Shown here piece by piece: positions 53,454 to 63,208 of a DNA stretch of 63,208 nucleotides. The DNA comes from Proteobacteria bacterium UBA5122 (lineage in GTDB: Bacteria > Pseudomonadota > Gammaproteobacteria > Tenderiales > Tenderiaceae): assembly GCA_002415485.1 (NCBI GenBank), contig DHYU01000037.1, positions 1-63,208 of the forward strand. Reading direction: 5' to 3'. The notes below the pieces were generated by a model. It was not told the DNA's origin. It saw only the letters and a program-made list of their open reading frames with translations, and did no database searches. The number at the start of each line of letters is the position of its first letter. Position 1 is the stretch's first letter. Both the position numbers and the translations under genes were made by a program.

Positions 53454-55757
53454 TTATCGTTGCCGAACTTCATCAAGTTTCATCAATAATGGCGGCAGGA
53501 GTAAAAAATCCGCCAACAAGGCAATGGTGATGGTCATCGCTGTCATCAACCCCATACCTGAGTTTAATTCAAAAGCCGACTGGGATAAAAGCAGGAAACC
53601 CGCTACGAGCGCCAAAGATGTCACCCAAAGAGCAACACCCACCGTAGAAAACGCATATCTGACGGCATTCTGACTGTCCATCCCCTGCTCTCTCCGCGCA
53701 CGCAGATATTTGCTTAAAAAGTGCACCGTGTCGTCAACCACAATACCCAAGGTCATGCCGATCACTACCGACAAGGCCAAACCCACCTGACCGACGAACA
53801 AACCCCACAAGCCAAACGCCAGGGCAGCCGGCACAAGATTGGGCAAGAGGCTAATCAAGCCTATCTTCACCGATCTCAAGGCAACAATCAAAATAATGGA
53901 GATCAACACCAGCGCAATAGTGGTCCCGGCAAGCATCGCCTTAATATTACGTTCAGCGATATAAGAGAACATCAAGGTCGGGCTGGCGACTACCATCTGA
54001 TATTGAGCGGGGGCATTCGCCAGCCACCATTCTCGCGCCTTGCCTTCGATTTCCAGCATCTGCTGAGTTGAAAGATGCTCGAAGGTCACAATCAGACGAC
54101 TGGCCGATTTTTCGACATCAACCTGATTGTTCAAATCCAGACCAAATGGCAGCGACATTTCGTACAGCAACAGATACTGCGCTGCCATCTCCCGATCATG
54201 CGGCAACTGATACCATGCCGGGTCATCATAATGCAGGTTTTTGTTCAGTCGGCGGTAGGTATCGGTCAGGGTATTGATATGTATCACGCCCGCCTGTGTT
54301 CGATACCAGTTCGCAAAAGCCTCAAGTGTTTGGAGATATTCGGGCTGATTTATGCCGTTACTCTGCCCGGATTGAATAGAGTACTCCAAGGTATATATCC
54401 CAGTCAGATTCTCAGTTGCATAATCCGAGTCAACCCGGAACTGAACGCTATCATCAAAATATTCGACGAAAGTATCGTTCAGTTCGTTGCTGGGAATGCT
54501 GGCGATCAAGACAACGATAATGACGCCACCGCCCCACAGCAGACGATTCCGTTGTTTAATAACGAAGTCAGCCAAACGCTCCATCATTTTGGTTGAATGA
54601 GTGATGGCCGAGACCTTCGGCACTGGCAGAATCATCAATAACGCCGGCAGAAAGGTCACCGATAATAGATACCCGCTCAACACCCCAATAGCAACGATAT
54701 TGCCAAGATCCTGGAATGGCGGCGCATCACTAAAGTTCATGCTCAAAAAACCAATTGCCGTCGTCAAACTGGTAATGAATACCGGCTGCATATTGACGCG
54801 CATACTTTCCCGCACTGCCTGATAACGGTCATATCCCTTACGTAGCGATTGCAAATAATTGCTGATGATATGTACACAGTGCGCGACTGCAATCGTCATG
54901 ATCATCGTCGGTGCAGAGGTCGTCGGCGGCGACAACACTGTCCCCAGCCAGCCAGATATCCCCATCGCGCTGACGATTGACATCACGATGACAACGAAGG
55001 TGGCGAATGTGCCGCCAATGACACGCAAGAAGAAGCCTATCAGTACGAGGATAATGACAAACATCAACGGGATCAGCGTCGCCATGTCGCTTTGTGCTGC
55101 CTCAGGGAAGGCTGCGTTCATCATCGTCATACCGGTGAGATGAAAGTCGATATCGGGATAGCGTTCACCGACCTCTGCAACCAACTGCCTGACGTAACCA
55201 ACAACCATTGGTCCTTCCGCAGCGCTATCTAAACCAGGCAGCTGGATCGTGATATTAATGCCACTGACGCGGCCATCCGGCGAGATCAAGCGGTTAACCA
55301 ACAAGGGTTCGTGGAGTGCGATCTGCCGAATCCGAGCTAAATCTGCATCAGCCAGGTTATGTGCATCTTCATAGAGATTCTGCACCACCAAATCATCACC
55401 TTCGGCATAGGTGTGTTGGTAATTGGCGATGGAATCAACTCTAATTGAAAACGGTGTTTTCCAGGCTGCGGCCGTTAATTCTTCAATCAGGGCCAGACTA
55501 TCATTCACAAAAATATCACCGCCCTTGGGCGTGACGACAATCAGCACGTTATCGTTTTTGGTATAGGTGTTTTGCAATGCCTCGAAGGCAAGCAGCTGAG
55601 GGTTCTCACTGCTGAAAAAAACGCGGTAGTCGTTGGAGAAGGTCAGATAGCGCGCACCGGCCGCAGCTAATATCACCCACAGGAGAGAGAAGATGATGAT
55701 CGGCCAGCGCAGCCTATACAATATGCGAACATACCCTTCCATCACTGAACCAGCCAT
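53454..55757 (-). CDS. MMPL/RND-family transporter
   Basis: Two repeats of TM plus periplasmic loop plus 5 TM; ITSLTTAIGFLSM and GIVVDDTVHF. Confidence 0.9.
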   Translation of the reverse strand: MAGSVMEGYVRILYRLRWPIIIFSLLWVILAAAGARYLTFSNDYRVFFSSENPQLLAFEALQNTYTKNDNVLIVVTPKGGDIFVNDSLALIEELTAAAWKTPFSIRVDSIANYQHTYAEGDDLVVQNLYEDAHNLADADLARIRQIALHEPLLVNRLISPDGRVSGINITIQLPGLDSAAEGPMVVGYVRQLVAEVGERYPDIDFHLTGMTMMNAAFPEAAQSDMATLIPLMFVIILVLIGFFLRVIGGTFATFVVIVMSIVSAMGISGWLGTVLSPPTTSAPTMIMTIAVAHCVHIISNYLQSLRKGYDRYQAVRESMRVNMQPVFITSLTTAIGFLSMNFSDAPPFQDLGNIVAIGVLSGYLLSVTFLPALLMILPVPKVSAITHSTKMMERLADFVIKQRNRLLWGGGVIIVVLIASIPSNELNDTFVEYFDDSVQFRVDSDYATENLTGIYTLEYSIQSGQSNGINQPEYLQTLEAFANWYRTQAGVIHINTLTDTYRRLNKNLHYDDPAWYQLPHDREMAAQYLLLYEMSLPFGLDLNNQVDVEKSASRLIVTFEHLSTQQMLEIEGKAREWWLANAPAQYQMVVASPTLMFSYIAERNIKAMLAGTTIALVLISIILIVALRSVKIGLISLLPNLVPAALAFGLWGLFVGQVGLALSVVIGMTLGIVVDDTVHFLSKYLRARREQGMDSQNAVRYAFSTVGVALWVTSLALVAGFLLLSQSAFELNSGMGLMTAMTITIALLADFLLLPPLLMKLDEVRQR

Positions 55758-55947
55758 AAAATCCTTCTAATTTTCATGCCAAGCGCAAGCTCATGCGTGG
55801 CACTGTGACACACTCCCACCGTGTTTGACCACTCACTATGATGCCAGTCACAATCTGTGCGAAAATGGCGTCGGTCGTTACGAATGACGGCAAATTAAGC
55901 ACACTTCGTCCATATCCGCACAAGCGGGCAATAACACATAAAGCATA

Positions 55948-58900
55948 ATGACTTCAGAGGCCACTCAGAGTTCCGAGATCTACCGGGACCCATTCCACCC
56001 CTACGTTCCAACGGGCGCCGGTCGCCGCACGACCTGGGCCCGCCTGTACGGCAGTAGCCTGGGCATGATCATCAGTCAGGCGGCGCAGCAGCACGACGGG
56101 CCGTTGCTAGTGATTGCCGCCGACACCCTGGCCGCGACACGCCTCGAATACGAACTGGCGTTTTATCTGGCGAACTGTGCACAGACGCCGGTGCTGCACC
56201 TCCCCGATTGGGAGACGCTGCCCTACGACATCTTTTCGCCCCATCAGGACATCACCTCGCAACGACTGGAGACCCTTTCCAAACTGCCGCAGCTACAGCG
56301 CGGGATTGTGATTATCCCGGCCGCGACGGCCATGCACCGCCTGCCACCACTGACCCACATCGATGCCTACAGCCTGATGCTGGATGTCGGCCAGAAGCTC
56401 AATATCGATGCCCTGCGCCTGCGCCTGGAACGCAACGGCTATCGCTGCGTATCGCAGGTGATGGAGCATGGCGAGTTCGCCGTGCGCGGCGCACTGGTCG
56501 ATCTCTACCCGATGGGCAGCAAACAGCCCTACCGGATCGATCTGTTCGACGACGAGATTGAATCCATCCGCGTCTTCGACCCGGAGACCCAGCTCTCGCA
56601 GCAAAACATCCATCAAGTGCGACTCCTGCCGGCGCGAGAATTCCCGCTCGACAAGGAGGCCATCACCCTCTTCCGTCAGGCCTACCGGGCCGAGTTCGAA
56701 GGTGATCCATCGAAATCCGTGATCTATACCGATGTCAGCAACGGCATCGCGCCGCCGGGCATCGAATACTATCTGCCGCTGTTCTATCCGCAAACGGCCA
56801 CGCTGTTTGACTACCTGCCGGCGAATACCGTGATCATCGCCGATGACGGTGTTGAAGAGGCCGCCAAGACCTTCTGGCGCGAGATCGAATCGCGTTACGA
56901 GCAGCGCCGCGTCGACCCACAGCGGCCGATCCTCGCCCCGACCCGCGGCTTTTTACGCCACGACGAGCTGGCCCAGTTCTTCAACACCTTTCCGCTCGTC
57001 AATTGCCGCCATTTTGAGGTCGACAACGGCCAGGGCATCCACAATTTCAACTCCAGAATCGTCCCGGCACTGACCGTCAACGCACGTGCGCCGGAACCCT
57101 TGGCCGCGCTGAAAAAATTCATCGCCGACTTCGAGGGCCGCATTCTGTTCGCCGCCGAGACCAGCGGCCGCCGCGAGGCACTGTTGGAATTGCTCAAACG
57201 CGACGGCCTGACACCCAAGGCCTGCGGTGACTGGTTGTCGTTCCTACAGGATGAAAGCTGCCGCCTCGGCATCACCATCGCACCGCTCGAAAAGGGCCTG
57301 TTGATCGACAATATCGCCGTCATCAGCGAACCACAATTGTTCGGCGAACAGGCCATGCAACGCCGTCGCCGCCGGGTGACCAAACGCGACGACAACGCCA
57401 TCGTCCGCAGCCTGACCGAACTGATGCCCGGCAGCCCGGTGGTACATGAAGACCACGGCGTCGGCCGCTATCTCGGCCTGCAAAATCTCGATGTCAACGG
57501 CGTGACCACCGAGTTCCTAACGCTTGAATATCACGGCGGCGACAAGCTGTATGTGCCGGTCTCGTCACTGCACCTGATCAGTCGTTATACCGGCACCACC
57601 CCCGACAACGCGCCGCTGCACAAGCTCGGCTCCGAAGTGTGGGGCAAGGCCAAACGCAAGGCCGCCGAAAAGGCCCACGATGTCGCCGCCGAACTGCTCG
57701 ACATCTACGCCCGCCGTGCCGCGCGCAAGGGCTTTGCCTACCCGGAGCCGGACGAGCAGTATCTCGCCTTCGCCGCCGCCTTCCCGTTTGAAGAGACGCC
57801 CGATCAGGAAGAGGCCATCCACAAGGTCGTCGGCGACATGGTCTCTGATCAACCGATGGATCGTCTGGTCTGCGGTGATGTTGGTTTTGGCAAGACCGAG
57901 GTCGCGATGCGCGCCGCCTTCCTCGCCGTACAGGGCGGACGACAGGTTGCCGTGCTGGTGCCGACCACCTTGCTGGCGCAGCAGCATTACCAAAACTTCC
58001 GCGACCGCTTTGCCGACTGGCCGGTACGCATTGAGGTGTTGTCACGTTTCCGCTCGAAAAAAGAACAGGATGATGTACTGAAGGCGCTGGCCGATGGTCA
58101 GGTCGATATCGTCATCGGTACCCACAAGCTGTTGCAAAGCTCGGTCAAATTCTCCGAGCTGGGACTGGTCATCCTCGATGAGGAACACCGCTTCGGCGTG
58201 CGGCAAAAAGAACGACTGAAATCACTACGTTCAGAAGTAGATGTGCTCACGCTCACCGCCACACCGATCCCGCGCACCTTGAACATGGCGCTGTCGGACC
58301 TGCGCGACCTGTCGATCATCGCCACGCCGCCGTCGAAACGACTGGCGATCAAGACCTTCGTCCGCCAGTGGGACAACGCGCTGATTGCCGAGGCCTGCCT
58401 GCGTGAGATCAAACGCGGCGGCCAGGTGTATTTCCTGCACAACGAGGTCGACACCATCGAGAAGAAGGCGCGAGAACTCGAAGAGCTGATCCCCGAGGCG
58501 CGCATCGTCACCGCCCACGGCCAGATGCCGGAGCGGCAGTTGGAAAAGGTCATGCTCGACTTCTACCACCAACGGTTCAACATCCTGGTCTGTACCACGA
58601 TCATCGAGACCGGCATCGACGTCCCGAGCGCCAACACCATCATCATGAACCGTGCTGACAAGCTCGGTCTGGCGCAGCTGTATCAGCTGCGTGGCCGTGT
58701 CGGTCGTTCCTATCATCAGGCCTACGCCTATCTGATCGTGCCCAACAAACGCAGCATGACCGCCGATGCGGTCAAACGCATGGAGGCGATCGAGTCATTG
58801 GAAGGTCTCGGCGCCGGTTTCACCCTCGCCTCGCACGACCTAGAGATCCGCGGTGCCGGTGAACTGCTCGGCGATGAACAGAGCGGCCAGATCCAAGAGG

Positions 58901-59436
58901 TCGGCTTTGGCATGTACAGCGAACTACTGGAGCGTGCCGTCAAGGCGCTCAAGTCTGGTCAGGTGCCGAACCTCGATCAGCCGCTGCAAAGCCAGGCCGA
59001 GATCGATCTCAAGATTCCGGCATTGCTGCCTGAGAGTTACCTGCCCGATGTGCATTCACGCCTGGTCATGTATAAGCGAATCGCCAATGCCGCCGATAGC
59101 GACGAGCTGAGAGAGTTGCAGGTCGAGATGATCGATCGCTTTGGCCTGCTGCCCGATGCAGCCAAGAATCTGTTTGCCGTGACCGAACTGAAACTCAAGG
59201 CCGCACCGCTGGCAATCAAGAAGATCGAGGCCAGCACCACGGGTGGACGGCTGAACTTTGGCCCGGCTACCCGCCTCAACACCGAGGCCTTGATCAAGCT
59301 GATCCAGAAGGATTTCAAGACATACAAGCTTGAAGGACAGGAACGGCTGAAGTTCACACTGCCCTTGCCCGATGCAGACGACCGTTTGGCCTTTATCGAT
59401 CAGCTATTGCAGCGTTTGGCACCCGAGCCCGATTAA
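55948..59436 (+). CDS. mfd: Transcription-repair coupling factor
   Basis: PDWETLPYD, VVHEDHGVGRY, CGDVGFGKTEVAMRAAF, DEEHRFGV, QLRGRVGRS and DLEIRGAG. Confidence 0.98.
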   Translation: MTSEATQSSEIYRDPFHPYVPTGAGRRTTWARLYGSSLGMIISQAAQQHDGPLLVIAADTLAATRLEYELAFYLANCAQTPVLHLPDWETLPYDIFSPHQDITSQRLETLSKLPQLQRGIVIIPAATAMHRLPPLTHIDAYSLMLDVGQKLNIDALRLRLERNGYRCVSQVMEHGEFAVRGALVDLYPMGSKQPYRIDLFDDEIESIRVFDPETQLSQQNIHQVRLLPAREFPLDKEAITLFRQAYRAEFEGDPSKSVIYTDVSNGIAPPGIEYYLPLFYPQTATLFDYLPANTVIIADDGVEEAAKTFWREIESRYEQRRVDPQRPILAPTRGFLRHDELAQFFNTFPLVNCRHFEVDNGQGIHNFNSRIVPALTVNARAPEPLAALKKFIADFEGRILFAAETSGRREALLELLKRDGLTPKACGDWLSFLQDESCRLGITIAPLEKGLLIDNIAVISEPQLFGEQAMQRRRRRVTKRDDNAIVRSLTELMPGSPVVHEDHGVGRYLGLQNLDVNGVTTEFLTLEYHGGDKLYVPVSSLHLISRYTGTTPDNAPLHKLGSEVWGKAKRKAAEKAHDVAAELLDIYARRAARKGFAYPEPDEQYLAFAAAFPFEETPDQEEAIHKVVGDMVSDQPMDRLVCGDVGFGKTEVAMRAAFLAVQGGRQVAVLVPTTLLAQQHYQNFRDRFADWPVRIEVLSRFRSKKEQDDVLKALADGQVDIVIGTHKLLQSSVKFSELGLVILDEEHRFGVRQKERLKSLRSEVDVLTLTATPIPRTLNMALSDLRDLSIIATPPSKRLAIKTFVRQWDNALIAEACLREIKRGGQVYFLHNEVDTIEKKARELEELIPEARIVTAHGQMPERQLEKVMLDFYHQRFNILVCTTIIETGIDVPSANTIIMNRADKLGLAQLYQLRGRVGRSYHQAYAYLIVPNKRSMTADAVKRMEAIESLEGLGAGFTLASHDLEIRGAGELLGDEQSGQIQEVGFGMYSELLERAVKALKSGQVPNLDQPLQSQAEIDLKIPALLPESYLPDVHSRLVMYKRIANAADSDELRELQVEMIDRFGLLPDAAKNLFAVTELKLKAAPLAIKKIEASTTGGRLNFGPATRLNTEALIKLIQKDFKTYKLEGQERLKFTLPLPDADDRLAFIDQLLQRLAPEPD

Positions 59437-59447
59437 AGTGCGCACAT

Positions 59448-59476
59448 AAAAAAGCCCACCCGATCTCCGGGTGGGC
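59448..59476 (-). terminator. Intrinsic terminator of the pyrF-comEA unit
   Basis: AAAAAA-GCCCACCCG-ATCTC-CGGGTGGGC. Confidence 0.75.
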
Positions 59477-59496
59477 CATGTACTTCAGATAACTGG

Positions 59497-59775
59497 CTAT
59501 GGTTTTTCGCTATCAGACAAACTGACTTGATCGCGAATCTTCTCGACGGTTTTATCGCCGATGCCTTTGACATTGGCGAGTTCTTCAACCGTCTCAAATT
59601 CCCCATGCGCTTCGCGATACTTCACAATCGCCTCGGCCTTGGCCGGGCCGATGCCCTTCACCTCGGCGGCGATTGTTTGAGCATCTGCCTGATTGATATC
59701 CACCTGCCCGTCTTCGGCGTGGGCGGAAAATGCGGCGAAACAAAGGGCCAGTGCAGCCATTGCGTGTTTGATCAT
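59497..59775 (-). CDS. comEA: ComEA-family helix-hairpin-helix DNA-binding protein
   Basis: Signal peptide, VDINQAD, KGIGPAKAEAIVKYR and VKGIGDKT. Confidence 0.9.
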   Translation of the reverse strand: MIKHAMAALALCFAAFSAHAEDGQVDINQADAQTIAAEVKGIGPAKAEAIVKYREAHGEFETVEELANVKGIGDKTVEKIRDQVSLSDSEKP

Positions 59776-59847
59776 CGTGACACTCCTTGTGTTGATTTAT
59801 CCCTAAGCCCGTAGGCCAGGACAGAGTGCGCGACGACTGCAAGGCCA

Positions 59848-60561
59848 TCAACTAACTGAATGGTTAATGTCTTGCCAGATGGCCTCGAATGCTGCGGCCG
59901 GATCAGGGGCCTGAGTAATCGGGCGACCGATGACCAGATAATCAGCCCCGGCCTTCAAGGCCTCGACCGGGGTCATCACGCGGCGTTGATCGCCCTGCTC
60001 GGCGCCGAGCGGACGCACGCCGGGTGTCACCAGCTTAAACTCGGGACCAAAGCAGTGTTTGAGGCCTTGGGCCTCCTGCGCTGAACAGACAAGACCATCC
60101 AGACCGGACGCCTTCGCCAATGCTGCCAGACGCTGCACATGCGCGGCTGGATCGAGGTCAATCCCCACCTCGGCCAGATCGCTGGCCGACATGCTGGTCA
60201 GCACCGTCACGCCGATCAATAACGGGCGCTGACGACTGCCGTCGATTGCCTCCCGCGCCGCAGTCATCATGCGGCTGCCACCTGAACAATGCACATTGAG
60301 CATCCACACCCCCAGCTCGGCACCTACGCGGCAGGCAGAGGCCACTGTGTTCGGGATGTCGTGGAATTTAAGATCCAGAAACACCTCAAAACCCGCCGCC
60401 TGCAAGCGTTCAACCACTGTTGGTCCGGCACGCGTGAACAGTTCTTTGCCGACCTTTACGCGGCAACGCTGTGGGTCCAGCTGGCTGGCAAACCCTACGG
60501 CTTCATCGGCAGATGCATAATCCAGGGCGACGATAATCAGTTTGTTGCTTACATCGGTCAT
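59848..60561 (-). CDS. pyrF: Orotidine-5'-phosphate decarboxylase
   Basis: [30 protein letters not shown] and VIGRPIT. Confidence 0.98.
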   Translation of the reverse strand: MTDVSNKLIIVALDYASADEAVGFASQLDPQRCRVKVGKELFTRAGPTVVERLQAAGFEVFLDLKFHDIPNTVASACRVGAELGVWMLNVHCSGGSRMMTAAREAIDGSRQRPLLIGVTVLTSMSASDLAEVGIDLDPAAHVQRLAALAKASGLDGLVCSAQEAQGLKHCFGPEFKLVTPGVRPLGAEQGDQRRVMTPVEALKAGADYLVIGRPITQAPDPAAAFEAIWQDINHSVS

Positions 60562-61737
60562 CTAAATACTGGCTCCCCATCGGAATTCACGGATTGGTTT
60601 TACATTGCCCCAACACTTGCAGCTCGGGCAGTTCCAATGCATCACACGACTGGCGAACCCGCAGTGCTCGCAGTGATACAGAGGTTTGTCTTTGATAATG
60701 TTGGCCACAGCAGCGGCAATCAGTTGGTTGTGTTCGGTCGGTGTATCATCCCCACCCAGTTCAGCCAGGGCCTTGATCCCTTTTAAGGATGGGATCGTCT
60801 TGAGTTGTGTACTTAAAAAATCACGTGCCGCAACGCGGCCCTGTTGATGCTGAATCAACGCGGTGCGTGCGAGCAGTAGATCGGTATTTTGGTTTTCGGG
60901 CACTATGCCCGCCAGAAAATCCAGCATTTTCGCCTGGGCGTTTAGTGAACGGTAACACTGCTCCATCTCTGTGACCACCTCGCCCAATAGATAAGGCGCC
61001 GCACTGGCCAAGGTCTGATAACTATCGATCGCCTGTTGCCATTGAGCTGATCTCTGGGCAATGGCCGCTTGCTGCAGATAGGCACGACCGCAGTGGTGAT
61101 CTTCGTTCAGCGCCTTGTCGAGAAAACGGCTGGCATTGGCCAATTCGTTCTGCAGCAGCGCGGCGTCAGCAAGTTCACAATAGAAATGTGCAATATCAGT
61201 TTGATAATTCAGTTCTCGCTGCCCTGTAGCGAGCTTGCGCGCAATGTCTATAGCGCGAAACCAGTCTTTTTCCTGCTGGTAGACCTCATATAAAACAGTC
61301 AGGGCCTTGATGTGTCCTGGCTGGCTATCTACCAACTCCAGACACAGATTTTCTGCACGATCGAGCAGACCGGCGCTCATATAATCCTTCGCCAACTCGA
61401 GTAAGGTGTAGCGATACAGCGAATCCGGAATACCTTTTTCTTCCAGTAACCGTTGGTGAATGCGGATCGCACGATCCACCTCGCCGCGTTTACGAAACAG
61501 GCTGCCGAGCGCCAGATGCAATTCCAGTGTGTCGCGGTCCAATTCGACGACACGTAGAAACGTATCAACGGCCTTGTCCGGCTGTTCATTCAACAGGTAA
61601 TTCAGGCCCTTGATGTATTCCTGAGGGATAGAGCCTGATTCATTGACGGGCTGGGTACGGCGACGATATTCGCAACGTGCCACATACCATCCAGATGCAG
61701 CGGCAACCGGTAACAGCAGCCACAGTAGTTCAGGCAT
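60562..61737 (-). CDS. lapB: Lipopolysaccharide assembly protein B
   Basis: LLLPVAAASGW, YIKGLNYLL...PDKAVD, RAIRIHQ, TPRs and rubredoxin-like CEHCG...CPSC. Confidence 0.95.
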   Translation of the reverse strand: MPELLWLLLPVAAASGWYVARCEYRRRTQPVNESGSIPQEYIKGLNYLLNEQPDKAVDTFLRVVELDRDTLELHLALGSLFRKRGEVDRAIRIHQRLLEEKGIPDSLYRYTLLELAKDYMSAGLLDRAENLCLELVDSQPGHIKALTVLYEVYQQEKDWFRAIDIARKLATGQRELNYQTDIAHFYCELADAALLQNELANASRFLDKALNEDHHCGRAYLQQAAIAQRSAQWQQAIDSYQTLASAAPYLLGEVVTEMEQCYRSLNAQAKMLDFLAGIVPENQNTDLLLARTALIQHQQGRVAARDFLSTQLKTIPSLKGIKALAELGGDDTPTEHNQLIAAAVANIIKDKPLYHCEHCGFASRVMHWNCPSCKCWGNVKPIREFRWGASI

Positions 61738-62036
61738 TATTTATTTTCTGCAGTAAATCGCAGTTGATTGAGCTCACGCTCACTGGATTTGAGATCCCGT
61801 TTCATGCGCATACTTTTAGCCTTAACACGCATGGCTACCGTCAAACCACCCGCCAAGCCTACAACAACGCCAACGGCGAATGCACAGACCATAAACAGGC
61901 TGAGTGAACCAACACTGGTTCCGAGATAATAATCAAGTTCAACTGGAGCAGAATTACGGACAAAGAAAGCTGCGGCCAATACCGCCACGGCGAGTAAGAA
62001 TACAACTGAAATGAATATAGATATGTTACGTACCAT
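61737..62036 (-). CDS. lapA: Lipopolysaccharide assembly protein A
   Basis: Two TM segments, N..PVELDY and a basic coiled tail; lies between ihfB and lapB. Confidence 0.85.
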   Translation of the reverse strand: MVRNISIFISVVFLLAVAVLAAAFFVRNSAPVELDYYLGTSVGSLSLFMVCAFAVGVVVGLAGGLTVAMRVKAKSMRMKRDLKSSERELNQLRFTAENK

Positions 62037-62056
62037 ATCCCCCCCTGGGGTATGTA

Positions 62057-62362
62057 TCAGCTATCGGTAATGGGTATGTCTACACTGCTATTGACCCGCT
62101 CACGTAACTCTTTGCCGGGTTTGAAGTGAGGGACATATTTGCCTTCCAGCGGTACCGACTCCCCTGTCTTAGGGTTACGTCCTGTACGCGGAGGACGGAA
62201 ATGAAGAGAAAAACTGCCAAAACCCCGAATTTCGATTCGCTCACCAACGGCTAAGGTCTGGGCCATCTGTTCAATGATCGTTTTAACTGCAAACTCAACA
62301 TCTTTGTAGGTCAGATGTTTTTGTCGTTGGGCGAGTATCTCGATAAGTTCCGACTTTGTCAT
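62057..62362 (-). CDS. ihfB: Integration host factor beta subunit
   Basis: [28 protein letters not shown] and [14 protein letters not shown]. Confidence 0.98.
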   Translation of the reverse strand: MTKSELIEILAQRQKHLTYKDVEFAVKTIIEQMAQTLAVGERIEIRGFGSFSLHFRPPRTGRNPKTGESVPLEGKYVPHFKPGKELRERVNSSVDIPITDS

Positions 62363-62466
62363 TCTAAGCTTCCTCTAAATCTCCGGGACCCATTGCAGGC
62401 CCCGGAGAACTCACTGATGACTACACTACATTCCGACTCATCAGAAAGCAAACATAAGCTTGCTTA

Positions 62467-63208
62467 TTAGTCGTTCTGAGTTTCCATCTTCTCTTTGAGA
62501 AGGTCGCCCAGAGTAGCTGAAGAGCCGCCTGAAGCACGGTATTCCTCAATAGCTTCGGCTTCTTCATCACTATCTTTAGCCTTAATAGACAACATGATAG
62601 TGCGATTCTTACGGTCTACACCAATAAACTTGGCTTCGACTGAGTCACCAACGTTGAGGACGCTTCGCGCATCTTCAACATGTTCACGAGACAGCTCAGA
62701 GGCACGCAAATGACCTTCGACGTTCTCAGCCAGCTTGATTACAGCGGCCTTGGAGTCAACTTCAATGACTTCACCAGTGACGATGCTGCCTTTGCCATGA
62801 TCAGCGACCCATTGTGAAATCGGGTCTTGATCCAGTTGCTTCACACCCAAAGAGATGCGCTCACGCTCTGGGTCGATCGCCAGGATAACAGCTTCGATAT
62901 CGTCGCCTTTCTTGTAATCACGAACGGCATCTTCGCCAGTTTCGTTCCAAGACAGGTCAGACAGATGCAGCAGACCGTCAATACCACCGTCCAGACCAAC
63001 GAATACACCAAAGTCAGTGATGGACTTGATGGTGCCAGCGATCTTGTCACCCTTGTTGTGAGTGGCGGCAAACGCTTCCCATGGGTTAGCAGAACACTGC
63101 TTCATGCCCAGAGAGATACGGCGACGTTCTTCGTCGATGTCCAGGACCATAACTTCAACTTCCTGGCCAACATGAACAACCTTGGATGGGTGGATGTTCT
63201 TGTTGGTC
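62467..63208 (-). CDS. rpsA: 30S ribosomal protein S1, 3' part; 5' end outside the window
   Basis: S1 repeats: [36 protein letters not shown] and [11 protein letters not shown]. Confidence 0.98.
   Translation of the reverse strand, partial: TNKNIHPSKVVHVGQEVEVMVLDIDEERRRISLGMKQCSANPWEAFAATHNKGDKIAGTIKSITDFGVFVGLDGGIDGLLHLSDLSWNETGEDAVRDYKKGDDIEAVILAIDPERERISLGVKQLDQDPISQWVADHGKGSIVTGEVIEVDSKAAVIKLAENVEGHLRASELSREHVEDARSVLNVGDSVEAKFIGVDRKNRTIMLSIKAKDSDEEAEAIEEYRASGGSSATLGDLLKEKMETQND

Noticed and set aside
55765-55782. sigma54 promoter upstream of the MMPL gene (TTGGCATG)
   Set aside because: No GC at the -12 position and too close to the start codon.

Overview
A chromosomal segment of a Gammaproteobacterium, probably a chemolithoautotroph given a CbbY-type phosphatase. 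It appears to span the replication terminus: a canonical XerCD dif site lies at 31076-31103, and the KOPS motifs I found by eye and the core genes point toward it. Core genes include acs (partial), dksA, deaD, cysZ, queF, smc-zipA-ligA, prkA/yeaG-yeaH-spoVR, modABC, rmuC, tRNA-Asn, mfd, comEA, pyrF-lapB-lapA-ihfB and rpsA (partial). The most unusual feature is the ligA locus. The native GC-rich NAD+-dependent DNA ligase gene has lost its catalytic adenylation domain, and a complete, AT-rich, highly divergent LigA-family gene with altered adenine-pocket residues sits inside it, which looks like in-situ xenologous displacement of an essential gene. Just downstream is a three-DnaA-box cluster with an IHF consensus site, resembling an E. 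coli DARS. Other notable items: a sigma54 promoter with a PEP-CTERM-box-like enhancer upstream of a lytic-transglycosylase homolog, a SPOR-domain fusion in an MMPL/LolA-like/outer-membrane trio, an orphan REC-ANTAR regulator, an orphan Wzx flippase, and a dif-adjacent accessory block (REP-like elements, secreted proteins, a TPR-sulfotransferase, an MrpA-less Mrp antiporter operon). All calls come from motif recognition by eye; no database searches or computations were run.
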